The notes: a model not told the origin generated them from the letters alone. A stretch of DNA of 63,953 bases, filler included, from Octopus bimaculoides (GCF_001194135.2; 7 parts of 7 records of this genome joined end to end with filler, not necessarily neighbours in it), one strand, 5' to 3'; positions 50,001-62,494 are shown, counted from the whole stretch's first letter. Program-made: numbers and translations.

Positions 50001-52805
50001 NNNNNNNNNNNNNNNNNNNNNNNNNNNNNNNNNNNNNNNNNNNNNNNNNNNNNNNNNNNNNNNNNNNNNNNNNNNNNNNNNNNNNNNNNNNNNNNNNNNN
50101 NNNNNNNNNNNNNNNNNNNNNNNNNNNNNNNNNNNNNNNNNNNNNNNNNNNNNNNNNNNNNNNNNNNNNNNNNNNNNNNNNNNNNNNNNNNNNNNNNNNN
50201 NNNNNNNNNNNNNNNNNNNNNNNNNNNNNNNNNNNNNNNNNNNNNNNNNNNNNNNNNNNNNNNNNNNNNNNNNNNNNNNNNNNNNNNNNNNNNNNNNNNN
50301 NNNNNNNNNNNNNNNNNNNNNNNNNNNNNNNNNNNNNNNNNNNNNNNNNNNNNNNNNNNNNNNNNNNNNNNNNNNNNNNNNNNNNNNNNNNNNNNNNNNN
50401 NNNNNNNNNNNNNNNNNNNNNNNNNNNNNNNNNNNNNNNNNNNNNNNNNNNNNNNNNNNNNNNNNNNNNNNNNNNNNNNNNNNNNNNNNNNNNNNNNNNN
50501 NNAAGCCCCAGCATATGAAGAGCAGAAATCAGCCCTGGACCCATGAAGCCCCTGGGCAACTGCCAGCCTGACATTGTAACTATTCAAGGAGTTTGCTATT
50601 TACCAAATTCACTCACAAGATATTGGACAACTCAGCTGCTGCACAATGGGATTGAACCTAGAACCATATGATTATGAAGCAAGCTTCATAACCACACAGC
50701 CATTCCTGTATAAATGTTGAAGGGTTTTTATTTTTTTTTTCATGTAGGATGAGAGTGAATTTTGGTTTTGTGGTAGGAATGTTTGAGGAATTTTCTGAAA
50801 ACAAGGGTGTGGATAAACGATGGCAGGGGTGGAGGACAAGTGACCAAAGAGAGAGGGAAAGAAAGGGATAGGCAGAGAGAGAAAAGAAAGGGGGAGAGAG
50901 ACAGCTAGAGTGGCAGACAGACAAACTGATAGACAGAAAGAAAGACTGGTAGAGTGACAAATGGACAAACTGATAGACAGACAGCTGGACCGATGGGCAG
51001 AGAAGCAAGCACTGAAGAGCAGATGAATGTTGGGACAAATGTGGAGGGAAAAACTGCAAAGTGGTAAAGTACAAAGTAATAAAGCATAAGTATATAATTA
51101 CATGTGTTAATTGCCAAGGGTAATTAATTTATCTCCTGTTCATTTGTATTCATGAGCTGGTGAATGAATAGTAGTTGCGAGAATGCGTGTGCGTGTGTGT
51201 AAATGTATGTGTGTGAGGGCTATTTGGGTATATATGAATGAACATCTATATACATACATATATATATATACATACACGCACACACACAAACACACACACA
51301 TATATANNNNNNNNNNNNNNNNNNNNNNNNNNNNNNNNNNNNNNNNNNNNTTAATTAATTAANNNNNNNNNNNNNNNNNNNNNNNNNNNNNNNNNNNNNN
51401 NNNNNNTGAGCTTATGAGGGAGCGTTGATGATGAAGGGGGGTGGCGATGAAGGGGGAAGGGGAAGATGGATATAAGAGAGGGGGAAGGCAGGTATGGGAG
51501 GAGGGAGAAAGAGAGGAAGAGAGTAAGAGGGAGAGAAAGAGAGTAAGAGAGAGGAGAGTGAGAGAGAGAGAAAGAGAGAAGACAGTGAGAGAGAGAGAGT
51601 AAGAGAGAAGAGAGTGAGAGAGAGTAAGAGAGAGAGAGGAGAGAGTAAGAGAGAAGAGAGTGAGAGAGAGTAAGAGAGAGGAGAGAAAGAGTAGGGGTGA
51701 AGAGAAGTAGGAGTGAAGAGAAGTAGGAGTGAAGAGAAGTAGGAGTGAAGAGAAGTAGGAATGAAGAGAAGTAGGAGTGAAGGGAGGTGATGAGATGTAG
51801 AGAAGTAGGAGTTGNNNNNNNNNNNNNNNNNNNNNNNNNNNNNNNNNNNNNNNNNNNNNNNNNNNNNNNNNNNNNNNNNNNNNNNNNNNNNNNNNNNNNN
51901 NNNNNNNNNNNNNNNNNNNNNNNNNNNNNNNNNNNNNNNNNNNNNNNNNNNNNNNNNNNNNNNNNNNNNNNNNNNNNNNNNNNNNNNNNNNNNNNNNNNN
52001 NNNNNNNNNNNNNNNNNNNNNNNNNNNNNNNNNNNNNNNNNNNNNNNNNNNNNNNNNNNNNNNNNNNNNNNNNNNNNNNNNNNNNNNNNNNNNNNNNNNN
52101 NNNNNNNNNNNNNNNNNNNNNNNNNNNNNNNNNNNNNNNNNNNNNNNNNNNNNNNNNNNNNNNNNNNNNNNNNNNNNNNNNNNNNNNNNNNNNNNNNNNN
52201 NNNNNNNNNNNNNNNNNNNNNNNNNNNNNNNNNNNNNNNNNNNNNNNNNNNNNNNNNNNNNNNNNNNNNNNNNNNNNNNNNNNNNNNNNNNNNNNNNNNN
52301 NNNNNNNNNNNNNNNNNNNNNNNNNNNNNNNNNNNNNNNNNNNNNNNNNNNNNNNNNNNNNNNNNNNNNNNNNNNNNNNNNNNNNNNNNNNNNNNNNNNN
52401 NNNNNNNNNNNNNNNNNNNNNNNNNNNNNNNNNNNNNNNNNNNNNNNNNNNNNNNNNNNNNNNNNNNNNNNNNNNNNNNNNNNNNNNNNNNNNNNNNNNN
52501 NNNNNNNNNNNNNNNNNNNNNNNNNNNNNNNNNNNNNNNNNNNNNNNNNNNNNNNNNNNNNNNNNNNNNNNNNNNNNNNNNNNNNNNNNNNNNNNNNNNN
52601 NNNNNNNNNNNNNNNNNNNNNNNNNNNNNNNNNNNNNNNNNNNNNNNNNNNNNNNNNNNNNNNNNNNNNNNNNNNNNNNNNNNNNNNNNNNNNNNNNNNN
52701 NNNNNNNNNNNNNNNNNNNNNNNNNNNNNNNNNNNNNNNNNNNNNNNNNNNNNNNNNNNNNNNNNNNNNNNNNNNNNNNNNNNNNNNNNNNNNNNNNNNN
52801 NNNNG

Positions 52806-53062
52806 GTGCGTTGGAGGGGTAGGGTGGTGGGATGGTAGGTATGGGGAAAAGGGAGGCAGGAAATGGCAGGGCGGGTTCGGGGGGAGAGAGCAGATGCACG
52901 GTCCACGGAACGTGCTCTGGCAAGGGCGGTGTGGATGGTGGTGGCTGGATATCCACGCAGGCTAAAGTGGCGAGCCATGAGTTGAGACTGAGTCTCAAAG
53001 TCATGGCTGTCACTACAATGTCTGTGTAGACGGAGGAATTGGGAATAGGGGATGGAAAGTTT
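52806..53062 (-). mobile_element. Penelope-like element ORF fragment (RT C-terminus/linker), open frame
   Basis: KLSIPYSQFLRLHRHCSDSHDFETQSQLMARHFSLRGYPATTIHTALARARSVDRASAL...PFPHTYHP matches the PLE motifs IPYSQFLR, FxxRGYP and TYHP. Confidence 0.88.
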
Positions 53063-53073
53063 GGTGTGTATAC

Positions 53074-53109
<36 letters not shown>

Positions 53110-53359
53110 GTATATATGTATATATATATATATATATATATAAAATGTATGTATATATGTATAATGTATATATATATATATATAATGTATACTAGTTTAT
53201 GTATATATTAATATTATCTCAGTTTCAAAAAAAAACATGACAATGTAAATATGTTAATAGTTACCATGGGTAGCAAAAATCACACAAAAAAAACAGGATA
53301 TCACACCCGTTTTATAGGTAGAGATACCATGTTAAAGCGATGCATTTTGAGTAGATATA

Positions 53360-53433
53360 AATAACAATAAATGGAGCAAAACGCATATAAAGGAACTCTT
53401 ATTTAAATGCGTTTTGCTCCATTTATTGTTATT
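53360..53433. repeat. Perfect 27-bp inverted repeat with a 20-nt spacer
   Basis: AATAACAATAAATGGAGCAAAACGCAT (53360-53386) and its exact reverse complement (53407-53433). Confidence 0.9.
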
Positions 53434-53434
53434 A

Positions 53435-53482
53435 TCTTCTTAATATATAAAGCTGAAGTTGTGTGTCTGTGTGAAGCCTTTT
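53435..53482 (+). mobile_element. Possible Helitron-like 5' end running into a gap
   Basis: TC...AATATATAAAGCTGAAGTTGTGTGTCTG resembles TC-starting Helitron termini as I recall them. Short. Confidence 0.3.
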
Positions 53483-54295
53483 NNNNNNNNNNNNNNNNNN
53501 NNNNNNNNNNNNNNNNNNNNNNNNNNTTAATTAATTAANNNNNNNNNNNNNNNNNNNNNNNNNNNNNNNNNNNNNNNNNNNNTTGTTCATCAAATAAACT
53601 ATAAAGGAGGGGCCCCCCGAAAAAGTTTCTGATAATAAAGGATGAAGAATAGCATTAAATGTAAATAACAACAAGCAAGCTGTATTATAGGCAACGCGGC
53701 ATCAACATCTAGAAAGGAAAACAAAACAACAACAACAATCACAACAACCACAACAATCAGAACGATCGCAAAAACAACAATAACCAAACAACAAAACCAA
53801 TATTCATACAATGTAAGTATATATATACAATGTAAGTATATGTATATATATATNNNNNNNNNNNNNNNNNNNNNNNNNNNNNNNNNNNNNNNNNNNNNNN
53901 NNNNNNNNNNNNNNNNNNNNNNNNNNNNNNNNNNNNNNNNNNNNNNNNNNNNNNNNNNNNNNNNNNNNNNNNNNNNNNNNNNNNNNNNNNNNNNNNNNNN
54001 NNNNNNNNNNNNNNNNNNNNNNNNNNNNNNNNNNNNNNNNNNNNNNNNNNNNNNNNNNNNNNNNNNNNNNNNNNNNNNNNNNNNNNNNNNNNNNNNNNNN
54101 NNNNNNNNNNNNNNNNNNNNNNNNNNNNNNNNNNNNNNNNNNNNNNNNNNNNNNNNNNNNNNNNNNNNNNNNNNNNNNNNNNNNNNNNNNNNNNNNNNNN
54201 NNNNNNNNNNNNNNNNNNNNNNNNNNNNNNNNNNNNNNNNNNNNNNNNNNNNNNNNNNNNNNNNNNNNNNNNNNNNAATAATAGTAATAATAATG

Positions 54296-54336
<41 letters not shown>

Positions 54337-54382
54337 GACGAAGATGACAATGAAGGTGACGGCGATGATGTTTATGATGATA

Positions 54383-54420
<38 letters not shown>

Positions 54421-55653
54421 AACGAAACGGTGGTGTATTGAGGGCGAGAGCAGAACGGAGAGAGATAGTGAAACTGTAGAAGAAATGATAGACAGAGACA
54501 CAGGGAGCGAGAGAGAGAGAAAGATAGAGAGAGAGGGAGTGTGAGCGAGGGGGATAGGGAGAGTAAAAGCCCACCACTCCTTCGTTTAGTACTGAGTTTT
54601 TCTTTTCATTGCAAACCTTATTAGCTAAGGCCAGTGGACGATGCAAGTAATTTTTCTGCAAGCCGTACAAAGGAAAACATTTGGCTTTTATCAGCTATCT
54701 GCTACAATATTCAGATCTGATGGCAACGCGGTAAGAGAAGGGTCGGATTATTCCAGTATAATGTTCCATGCTTTGAAAACATTACACAACGTGTGGCTGA
54801 ATAGAAGGTGTGTATTTTATTATCAACACATTGAGAGCGCTCTCAATGGGGTAGTCATTATTTTTAATCATATTCTCTGGCATAACAAAGCAGGCACAGA
54901 ATTTGTGAACAATCCCGGTAGGACTCTATTCATCGAACAGAAAAGTATATAATAATTACTCTCAACACATTATGGTAACGTTTGTTTTCAGCAGAATAAA
55001 TCTAAAGAGAACCACTCGGCCGTAATAGCATCCATACCAAGAGACAATCGGCGTTCTATTTCCCCCATTGTGTACGCCACAAAGACAGGCATAAAATATT
55101 AATAAAGAGCCATTGTCGGTAGCTGTTCAGTCCTAACGAAACATAAAAAGCTGCCAGAACCAAATGAAAAGACACTTTGTATGGGAATTGTTGCGAGGAA
55201 ATAGTGTGTGCTGTGTGCTGTTTGTACAGCATTGTTGATGGTATAAAAACGTTGGAATATTGATCGCAGCATGTGTGCTAGGCCACGAAGTAAGACACAC
55301 ACACTGACACACACACACTGACACACACACACACACACACACACCTACACATGTACTCACTAATAGAAACACATTCAATGGCGCATATATATTTACATAC
55401 TAAACGCACATACTCGCATATACAAACATATGCATGTATATATATATATATACACANNNNNNNNNNNNNNNNNNNNNNNNNNNNNNNNNNNNNNNNNNNN
55501 TTAATTAATTAANNNNNNNNNNNNNNNNNNNNNNNNNNNNNNNNNNNNNNNNNNNNTATATATATATGCATTGTTATTTCATTGAACGCCACGTATACAT
55601 TACCAAGTTCCTCTTAATATTTTTGACGCGACTCTACCCTTTACTGTTCTCTC

Positions 55654-55694
<41 letters not shown>

Positions 55695-55794
55695 TTCGTT
55701 TTCCCTCTCATCCTTTCTCTAATTCTTTTTTTCTCCCCTTCACCATTTTCTGTCTGTCACCCTCTCTTCCTCTTCTTCCTTTACTCTCTCTTGT

Positions 55795-56243
55795 TACCCA
55801 CACGTGACCGTCGTTCATCTTTCTTTTCCTCGCGTGATTATCCTTCCTTTCCTTCAGTTCTGTCGTACAGACTGCACGTATTCCTATCTATCTCTTCTAT
55901 CTTTTCTCTTGTCAAAGACAAAATTTCTCCAGCGTTCACTACTTTACCTCGTTTGGTCTATCGACCCTCAATGTTTGTTTTCGTTCGGTTTCCTTGTATG
56001 CCTCCACTGTCTTATTTTTGTTACCAACTTTGACCATCTGCAAATCCCAAATTTTATTTTGTTTCGCGGGAGCAACTGCCTTCATAGTCTTATATTCTCG
56101 TTCAATGCTTCAAATAAGGAGTAGAAGGACAGTCGATAACTTTATGTTGCCTGTCTTGTTTTCCATTTGTTTCTCTCATTGTTTGCGTACCCAACTTTAT
56201 TTTCGTATTTCATGTTGTTTACGTTTTGCTACGTCCTGTACCC
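55795..56243 (+). mobile_element. Unclassified interspersed repeat (family Y) copy
   Basis: The 3' part is homologous to 1146-1375. It starts CACGTGACCG after a (CT)n tract. Confidence 0.6.
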
Positions 56244-57384
56244 ATATATGCCTATCTATATACATATATATGTATGTATATATGTATGTATGCATGTATG
56301 TATATAAGTATGTATGTATGTATGTATTATGTATGTATGTATGTATGTATGTATGTATGGAGATATATGTATGGAGATATATGTATATATGCATATATGT
56401 ATATATGTCATTTATATTATTGTGTGTGTGTGTGTGTGTGTNNNNNNNNNNNNNNNNNNNNNNNNNNNNNNNNNNNNNNNNNNNNNNNNNNNNNNNNNNN
56501 NNNNNNNNNNNNNNNNNNNNNNNNNNNNNNNNNNNNNNNNNNNNNNNNNNNNNNNNNNNNNNNNNNNNNNNNNNNNNNNNNNNNNNNNNNNNNNNNNNNN
56601 NNNNNNNNNNNNNNNNNNNNNNNNNNNNNNNNNNNNNNNNNNNNNNNNNNNNNNNNNNNNNNNNNNNNNNNNNNNNNNNNNNNNNNNNNNNNNNNNNNNN
56701 NNNNNNNNNNNNNNNNNNNNNNNNNNNNNNNNNNNNNNNNNNNNNNNNNNNNNNNNNNNNNNNNNNNNNNNNNNNNNNNNNNNNNNNNNNNNNNNNNNNN
56801 NNNNNNNNNNNNNNNNNNNNNNNNNNNNNNNNNNNNNNNNNNNNNNNNNNNNNNNNNNNNNNNNNNNNNNNNNNNNNNNNNNNNNNNNNNNNNNNNNNNN
56901 NNNNNNNNNNNNNNNNNNNNNNNNNNNNNNNNNNNNNNNNNNNNNNNNNNNNNNNNNNNNNNNNNNNNNNNNNNNNNNNNNNNNNNNNNNNNNNNNNNNN
57001 NNNNNNNNNNNNNNNNNNNNNNNNNNNNNNNNNNNNNNNNNNNNNNNNNNNNNNNNNNNNNNNNNNNNNNNNNNNNNNNNNNNNNNNNNNNNNNNNNNNN
57101 NNNNNNNNNNNNNNNNNNNNNNNNNNNNNNNNNNNNNNNNNNNNNNNNNNNNNNNNNNNNNNNNNNNNNNNNNNNNNNNNNNNNNNNNNNNNNNNNNNNN
57201 NNNNNNNNNNNNNNNNNNNNNNNNNNNNNNNNNNNNNNNNNNNNNNNNNNNNNNNNNNNNNNNNNNNNNNNNNNNNNNNNNNNNNNNNNNNNNNNATATA
57301 TATATATATATATATATACCGGAGTAAGCACATAAATGTGCAACAAGGTGAAAATAAGAGTACTCAAATACCAGAGGTAGAGTA

Positions 57385-57524
57385 ATATGCTTTATTTAAA
57401 AGCAGCAGAAATATAACAAAAAACTGTTACTCGGAGTTTCAACAAAACTATCCGATGAACAGGAACGTGAAACTCCGAGTAACAGTTTTTTGTCATATTT
57501 CTGCTGCTTCTAAATAAAGTATAT
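57385..57524 (+). ncRNA. Minimal hammerhead motif (57446-57487) at the centre of a 57-bp-arm inverted repeat
   Basis: AACTAT-CCGATGA-ACA(GGAA)CGT-GAAAC-TCCGA-GTA-ACAGTT. The left arm 57385-57441 is antisense to 57468-57524. Confidence 0.7.
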
Positions 57525-59079
57525 ATATAATACATACGCACACACATATATACATATATATGTATATATTCATATTTATGTTTATTCCGTTGGGAGCGTG
57601 TTAGAGTACAGTATAGAGCTCGTCCACCTTCAGAATAACCTAAGAATACAGGTAGCATTATTATATATTTCGAACTCTAAAATTGGGCATTCGACGTGTG
57701 TGAATATCAAATTGAAGAGATTGGAGTCAAGAGTACGTTTGGACATTTGTTTATTGTTGGCTACAACTGTCTTGACACAACGTAGTTTTCCAAGAATACA
57801 AGTGTGTACGGAATTTATGCACGTGTACGGGAATCTATGCGTATGTATGTATAAGTGAGTGCGTATATGTGCGTATTTATGTATAAGTGAGTGTGTGTAT
57901 AGGCATATATAAATAGGTTTGTGTTTTAGAATATATGCGTGAGTCTCTCTATGTGTGAGTGTATGTATCTGACCAATGAATACTATGGGTCAGAGTAGGA
58001 AATTCACATGTGCAGCCAACAATGAAGAACAAATTTGAAATACAGCCAAATAGAAGACAATACCTTCCATAGTAGTCGGACAAACACGCTCTCACAGCTC
58101 GCACCATGTGGATTTCAGCCACAACCAAATTCGAACTGCCACAAATAGAGAGAATGGCCTTCAAATCGAAAATTTTAAACTAACGGAAAATTTTAAACTA
58201 ACGCTTGTATATCGCCTGAGGAAACACAACTAGATCTCATTATGCAAGAAAATAGTTGCATAATCAAATACCTGTATTCTTGGTGAACTACGTTGCGTCG
58301 AAACAATTGTAGCCAATAATAAACAAATGTTCAAACTTACTCCTTCTTCTTGACTCCAATCTTTTCAATTATATTATAATTTCAACTATATNNNNNNNNN
58401 NNNNNNNNNNNNNNNNNNNNNNNNNNNNNNNNNNNNNNNNNNNNNNNNNNNNNNNNNNNNNNNNNNNNNNNNNNNNNNNNNNNNNNNNNNNNNNNNNNNN
58501 NNNNNNNNNNNNNNNNNNNNNNNNNNNNNNNNNNNNNNNNNNNNNNNNNNNNNNNNNNNNNNNNNNNNNNNNNNNNNNNNNNNNNNNNNNNNNNNNNNNN
58601 NNNNNNNNNNNNNNNNNNNNNNNNNNNNNNNNNNNNNNNNNNNNNNNNNNNNNNNNNNNNNNNNNNNNNNNNNNNNNNNNNNNNNNNNNNNNNNNNNNNN
58701 NNNNNNNNNNNNNNNNNNNNNNNNNNNNNNNNNNNNNNNNNNNNNNNNNNNNNNNNNNNNNNNNNNNNNNNNNNNNNNNNNNNNNNNNNNNNNNNNNNNN
58801 NNNNNNNNNNNNNNNNNNNNNNNNNNNNNNNNNNNNNNNNNNNNNNNNNNNNNNNNNNNNNNNNNNNNNNNNNNNNNNNNNNNNNNNNNNNNNNNNNNNN
58901 NNNNNNNNNNNNNNNNNNNNNNNNNNNNNNNNNNNNNNNNNNNNNNNNNNNNNNNNNNNNNNNNNNNNNNNNNNNNNNNNNNNNNNNNNNNNNNNNNNNN
59001 NNNNNNNNNNNNNNNNNNNNNNNNNNNNNNNNNNNNNNNNNNNNNNNNNNNNNNNNNNNNNNNNNNNNNNNNNNNNNNN

Positions 59080-59130
<51 letters not shown>

Positions 59131-59574
59131 TTGTACGTGTTTGTATTTAAAACACCTCATTAAATGTTGCATTTTCTTAATGAAAATCAATAAGACAAAT
59201 CTGAAGACATACATTATATCTAACTTATGTCTGGAATATGTAAATGAACTTCTTAAATGCACTAATATAATATGAATATTTTATAACATGTTTCATATTT
59301 TGATTTGACGACTATATTATCAAACGTGATCTTGGTGTTCTTAGAAAGGATCGCCTAACATTGCCGCGCAGAGACAATCCACATGATAAATATCTACCGC
59401 ATATTAAACAAACACTGCTAATGCACTAGTTTAAATATATGTATGTATTTATGTATAAAAGTGTCTTTATATATATACGTGCATGCATATATATTGCGAC
59501 GGATAGGCGCCCTGTCCAGATGGGGAACCTTTACGCCGATGAAACCGAGAAACCGTCCCTTATGAGTCAGAACA

Positions 59575-59616
<42 letters not shown>

Positions 59617-60369
59617 NNNNNNNNNNNNNNNNNNNNNNNNNNNNNNNNNNNNNNNNNNNNNNNNNNNNNNNNNNNNNNNNNNNNNNNNNNNNNNNNNNNN
59701 NNNNNNNNNNNNNNNNNNNNNNNNNNNNNNNNNNNNNNNNNNNNNNNNNNNNNNNNNNNNNNNNNNNNNNNNNNNNNNNNNNNNNNNNNNNNNNNNNNNN
59801 NNNNNNNNNNNNNNNNNNNNNNNNNNNNNNNNNNNNNNNNNNNNNNNNNNNNNNNNNNNNNNNNNNNNNNNNNNNNNNNNNNNNNNNNNNNNNNNNNNNN
59901 NNNNNNNNNNNNNNNNNNNNNNNNNNNNNNNNNNNNNNNNNNNNNNNNNNNNNNNNNNNNNNNNNNNNNNCAGTGAGAACAAGACAGAACAGTGAAAACA
60001 AACGGTAAGGGCTGTTAGGCCAAGACGATAGAAAAATTATTATTTTGAACGCTAGTTAGATGTGAATGAGAGACAAAAAAATCACGTCTTCTCTAGGAAG
60101 GCAGGAAGTAGAAAGAAAGAATCCCTTTCGTAACGTGTCAGCGACGAGAGGGTCAAGGAGGAGGAGTGAGAGAGAGGGAACGATGAATGGAAGAGAAGAA
60201 TAGGGAAGGGTTGGGAGAGAAAAATAGAAAGGATGAAGAACAAGAGAGGGAGAAGATATACAGAGAATTGATAGTAATAGTAGTAGAGTGCGCAGTAGTA
60301 ATTATTAAGATAAAACTTTCTTGGAAACGGGTGCGTGGCGTTCGACACACACACACACACACACACATA

Positions 60370-60925
60370 CGAGGTGGTATCATCAAAAGCTTCCCGGACT
60401 AGTTATGTTTAATAATTAAAATTTACCTCTATACCTAAGTTTTAACTTCATCTCCTCCGAAATTGTCATTCTGCGCAGCAATACACCGGTCCCAGCGTTC
60501 CTACTTCTTTTGGAATCCGGACTGGAAGTCGTTTCCGGCAGGTCTTCCAGATCACTTATCGTCTTCTAGGGTCGTTCTTCCTCATCTGAAGCGCCCGTGC
60601 CACTCGATATATTGCGTATGACCCATTGCCTCGTCGCCGTAAACTTGTCGAAGCATGCTCTATGTCTCCGTAGCAGACATTCCCAAGTTTAACGCAAATT
60701 TTCACGTTGACTCTTTGTTCCAACTTCTTGTCCATGACAAATTCGGAGGCTAGAGCATACATATGATCACAAAAACATAAATTTCACTACTTGCCTAGTA
60801 AACACAGAGATATCACTTGGCACACTGCCTCATGAAGGTCACTACTAGCTCTCACTGCGCACGCAACCGTGTGCTGACATCTGTTGGCGCGCTACAGAAC
60901 TAGTCCGAGAACTTTCTGATACTAC

Positions 60926-60929
<4 letters not shown>
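60370..60929 (-). mobile_element. Internally deleted mariner with both TIRs and TA target duplication
   Basis: TA|CGAGGTGGTATCATCAAAAGCTTCCCGGACTAGT ... ACTAGTCCGAGAACTTTCTGATACTACCTCA|TA. It encodes an N-terminal MDKKLEQRVNVKICVKLG...(SGRP region) fused to a C-terminal ...ERWDRCIAAQ.D.F.GD remnant. Confidence 0.88.
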
Positions 60930-60960
<31 letters not shown>

Positions 60961-61039
60961 CATACACATAAGTACTATATATATCTTTTATCTGTGACAT
61001 ACTTCAGTCATTACACTGAGGCCAGAATTTTTTGTCGAA

Positions 61040-61629
61040 TGAATCGACCCCACTACTTTTTAAGCCTGCTACTAATTCGACAGACTCTTTTACCGGACCG
61101 CTAAGTTACTGGGACGCAAACAAACCCACACCGGTTGTCAAGCGCTGGTGGACCACAAAAACAAACGTAAAGAGACATTATATGTGCGTATTTATATATG
61201 TGTTTTATATATATATATATATGTGTATGTATGTATGTATGTATGTATGTATATAGGCGCAGAAGTAGTTGTGTGGTAAGTAGCTTGCTTACCAACCACA
61301 TGGTTCAGGATTCAGTCCCACTGCGTGACACCTTGGGCAAGTGTTTTCTACTAAACCTCGGGTCGACCAGACGGAAACTGAAAGAAGCGCGTCGTATGTG
61401 TGTGTGCGTGTGTGTGTATGTGTATATGTTTGTGTGCGCGCGCGTGTGTTTGTGTGTCTGTGTCCCCCCCCCCAACATCACTTGACAAACGATACTGGTG
61501 TGTTTACGTCCTGGTAAACTAGCGGTTCGGCAAAAGAAACGATAGAATAAGTACTAGGCTTACAAAGAATAAGTCCTGCGGTCGATTTGCGCAACTAAAG
61601 GCGGTGCTCCAGCATGGCTGCAATCAAAT
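61040..61629. mobile_element. SINE family A: minus fragment (61040-61150) and plus near-full copy (61255-61629), CpG-retaining
   Basis: ATAGGCGCAGAAGTAG head and TTACGTCC...TAGCGGTTCGGC body with intact CpGs. Confidence 0.85.
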
Positions 61630-62034
61630 NNNNNNNNNNNNNNNNNNNNNNNNNNNNNNNNNNNNNNNNNNNNTTAATTAATTAANNNNNNNNNNNNNNN
61701 NNNNNNNNNNNNNNNNNNNNNNNNNNNNNTATATATATATATATATATTTATATACTATTTATTTTTCACTAACGAAACACAGTTATCTTATTTCTATTA
61801 ATATAATTAAATGTTAGGGAATTTTCATTTAAGGATATCATTTATTTATATCTTATTTTCTAGGCTTCTTAGTTTTATTGGCGTTTAGTGTTAATGCATG
61901 TCATCTTATTAATTGTAATTATTTCAATAAGCGTACGATTTTCCTTGTATCACATGTAAAGTGCTAAATTTTAACTTGTGGCTTATTTCAATATATATAT
62001 ATATTCTCTTTTACTCTTGTATTCTTAAATTGTT

Positions 62035-62400
62035 TTTTTTTTTGTTTCAGTCATTTGACTGCGGCCATACTGGAGTACCATCTTTAGTCGCGCAAATCGC
62101 CACCAGGCCTTATTCTGTGAAAGCCTTGTACTTATTCTATCGGTGATTTTTACAGAACCACTAATTTACGAGGATGTAAATATTCCGGCATCGGTTGTTA
62201 AGCAATGGGGGGAGGGGCGGGACGAACGGAGATACACAAACACACACACACAAACACACATATACGACGGATTTCAGTTTCCGTCTACCAAATCAATCAA
62301 TCCAAAGTTTTAGTCAGCCCGAGGCTATAGTAGAAGACACTTGCCCAAGGTGCCACGCAGTGGGACTGAACCTGGAACCATGTGGTTGGCAAGCAAGCTA
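62035..62400 (-). mobile_element. SINE family A, near full length
   Basis: TTGTTTCAGTCATTTGACTGCGGCC ... GACACTTGCCCAAGGTGCCACGCAGTGGGACTGAACC. Confidence 0.85.
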
Positions 62401-62444
62401 CTTAACTTACCACATACACACACACACACANNNNNNNNNNTTAC

Positions 62445-62494
<50 letters not shown>

